DNA of 32,000 nt from Ktedonobacterales bacterium (lineage in GTDB: Bacteria; Chloroflexota; Ktedonobacteria; Ktedonobacterales; JADMIN01). Below, one piece after another: positions 31,616-32,000 of this stretch; positions within the stretch are counted from its first letter, which is position 1, and the number at the start of each line of letters is the position of its first letter. The position numbers and the translations under genes were made by a program. The notes under the pieces are model-generated. The model was given only the letters and a program-made list of their open reading frames with translations. It was not told where the DNA came from and did no database searches. The stretch is from contig CP126532.1 of NCBI GenBank assembly GCA_030167145.1, positions 1,470,001 through 1,502,000 of the forward strand, in the 5' to 3' direction.

Positions 31616-32000
31616 TCACCCGGCCAGCGCAATATCGCTGCACAGGCTGATCCGCGTAACCTGGGCCACATGCGGCATCGTCATCAGCGAGCGAACGAGG
31701 CCCAGCAGACGCTCTAGCTCGAACGGCTTGCGAACCAGCGCGCTTGCTGGCGGTGGACATTCATCCTCGTGCGGCGGGCACGCCGTCATAATGACGATAC
31801 GGTGCCGTTCGAGCAATGTTGGCCGTTCCAGCAGCCATGCGCAGACTGTCAACCCGTCCACACGTGGCATCATCACATCCATCAGCACCAGGCACGGCTC
31901 TTCTTGCGCCTCGAGCGTCGCCACCACATCCGCGCCGTCGCTGAGCGTCGCCACCGTGTACCCCTCAAACTCCAGTGCAATCGTCAACAGTTCCCGGATT
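31616..32000 (-). CDS. Response regulator receiver (CheY-like) protein; N-terminus lies beyond the window end
   Basis: The reverse-strand frame is open to the window edge and reads ..IRELLTIALEFEGYTVATLSDGADVVATLEAQEEPCLVLMDVMMPRVDGLTVCAWLLE...HRIVIMTA...KPFELERLL. It has the receiver-domain Asp (LMDVMMP) and the Thr/Lys positions, and no output domain before the stop at 31616. Confidence 0.78.
   Translation of the reverse strand, partial: IRELLTIALEFEGYTVATLSDGADVVATLEAQEEPCLVLMDVMMPRVDGLTVCAWLLERPTLLERHRIVIMTACPPHEDECPPPASALVRKPFELERLLGLVRSLMTMPHVAQVTRISLCSDIALAG

Overview
This is a GC-rich bacterial chromosomal window. Strong Shine-Dalgarno usage, gene content and the style of hairpin repeats suggest a Chloroflexota/Ktedonobacteria-like organism, but that assignment is inference only. 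I call 25 protein-coding genes. I found no rRNA, tRNA, CRISPR array, transposase or integrase. Housekeeping genes: scpB-truB, a glgP-type alpha-glucan phosphorylase, a DUF4177-clpP pair with a divergent ClgR-like XRE regulator, a PIG-L deacetylase, purD and argJ-argD. Accessory or unknown genes: two tandem paralogous type I membrane proteins (Ig-like ectodomains, Pro/Gly/Tyr-rich tails) followed by a P-loop kinase; a MaoC hot-dog protein; a TIR-linker-FGE/SUMF1 fusion protein; DinB; two divergent PQQ-like beta-propeller proteins; a Lon-like (AAA_32 + Lon_C type) protease; a PHI-1/EXORDIUM-like exported protein plus two more exported proteins; a TPR protein; a zinc-ribbon membrane protein; and a partial response regulator. 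Intergenic DNA is saturated with at least four families of short GC-rich hairpin (REP-like) elements. These combine into same-orientation composite modules at 7.27-7.48, 10.36-10.49 and 13.28-13.41 kb, and one copy lies in frame inside the TIR-FGE linker. The best candidate for something new is the stand-alone TIR-FGE sensor/effector-like gene (7498-8832) in a repeat-bracketed cassette. Secondary leads are a roughly 0.7-kb iteron-like repeat field (9.65-10.34 kb), a heptanucleotide tract that sets the frame of an SD-equipped start codon (24.53 kb), candidate ClgR-type operators next to clpP, and a plant-type EXORDIUM homologue. All family calls come from motif recognition by eye; no database search was run.
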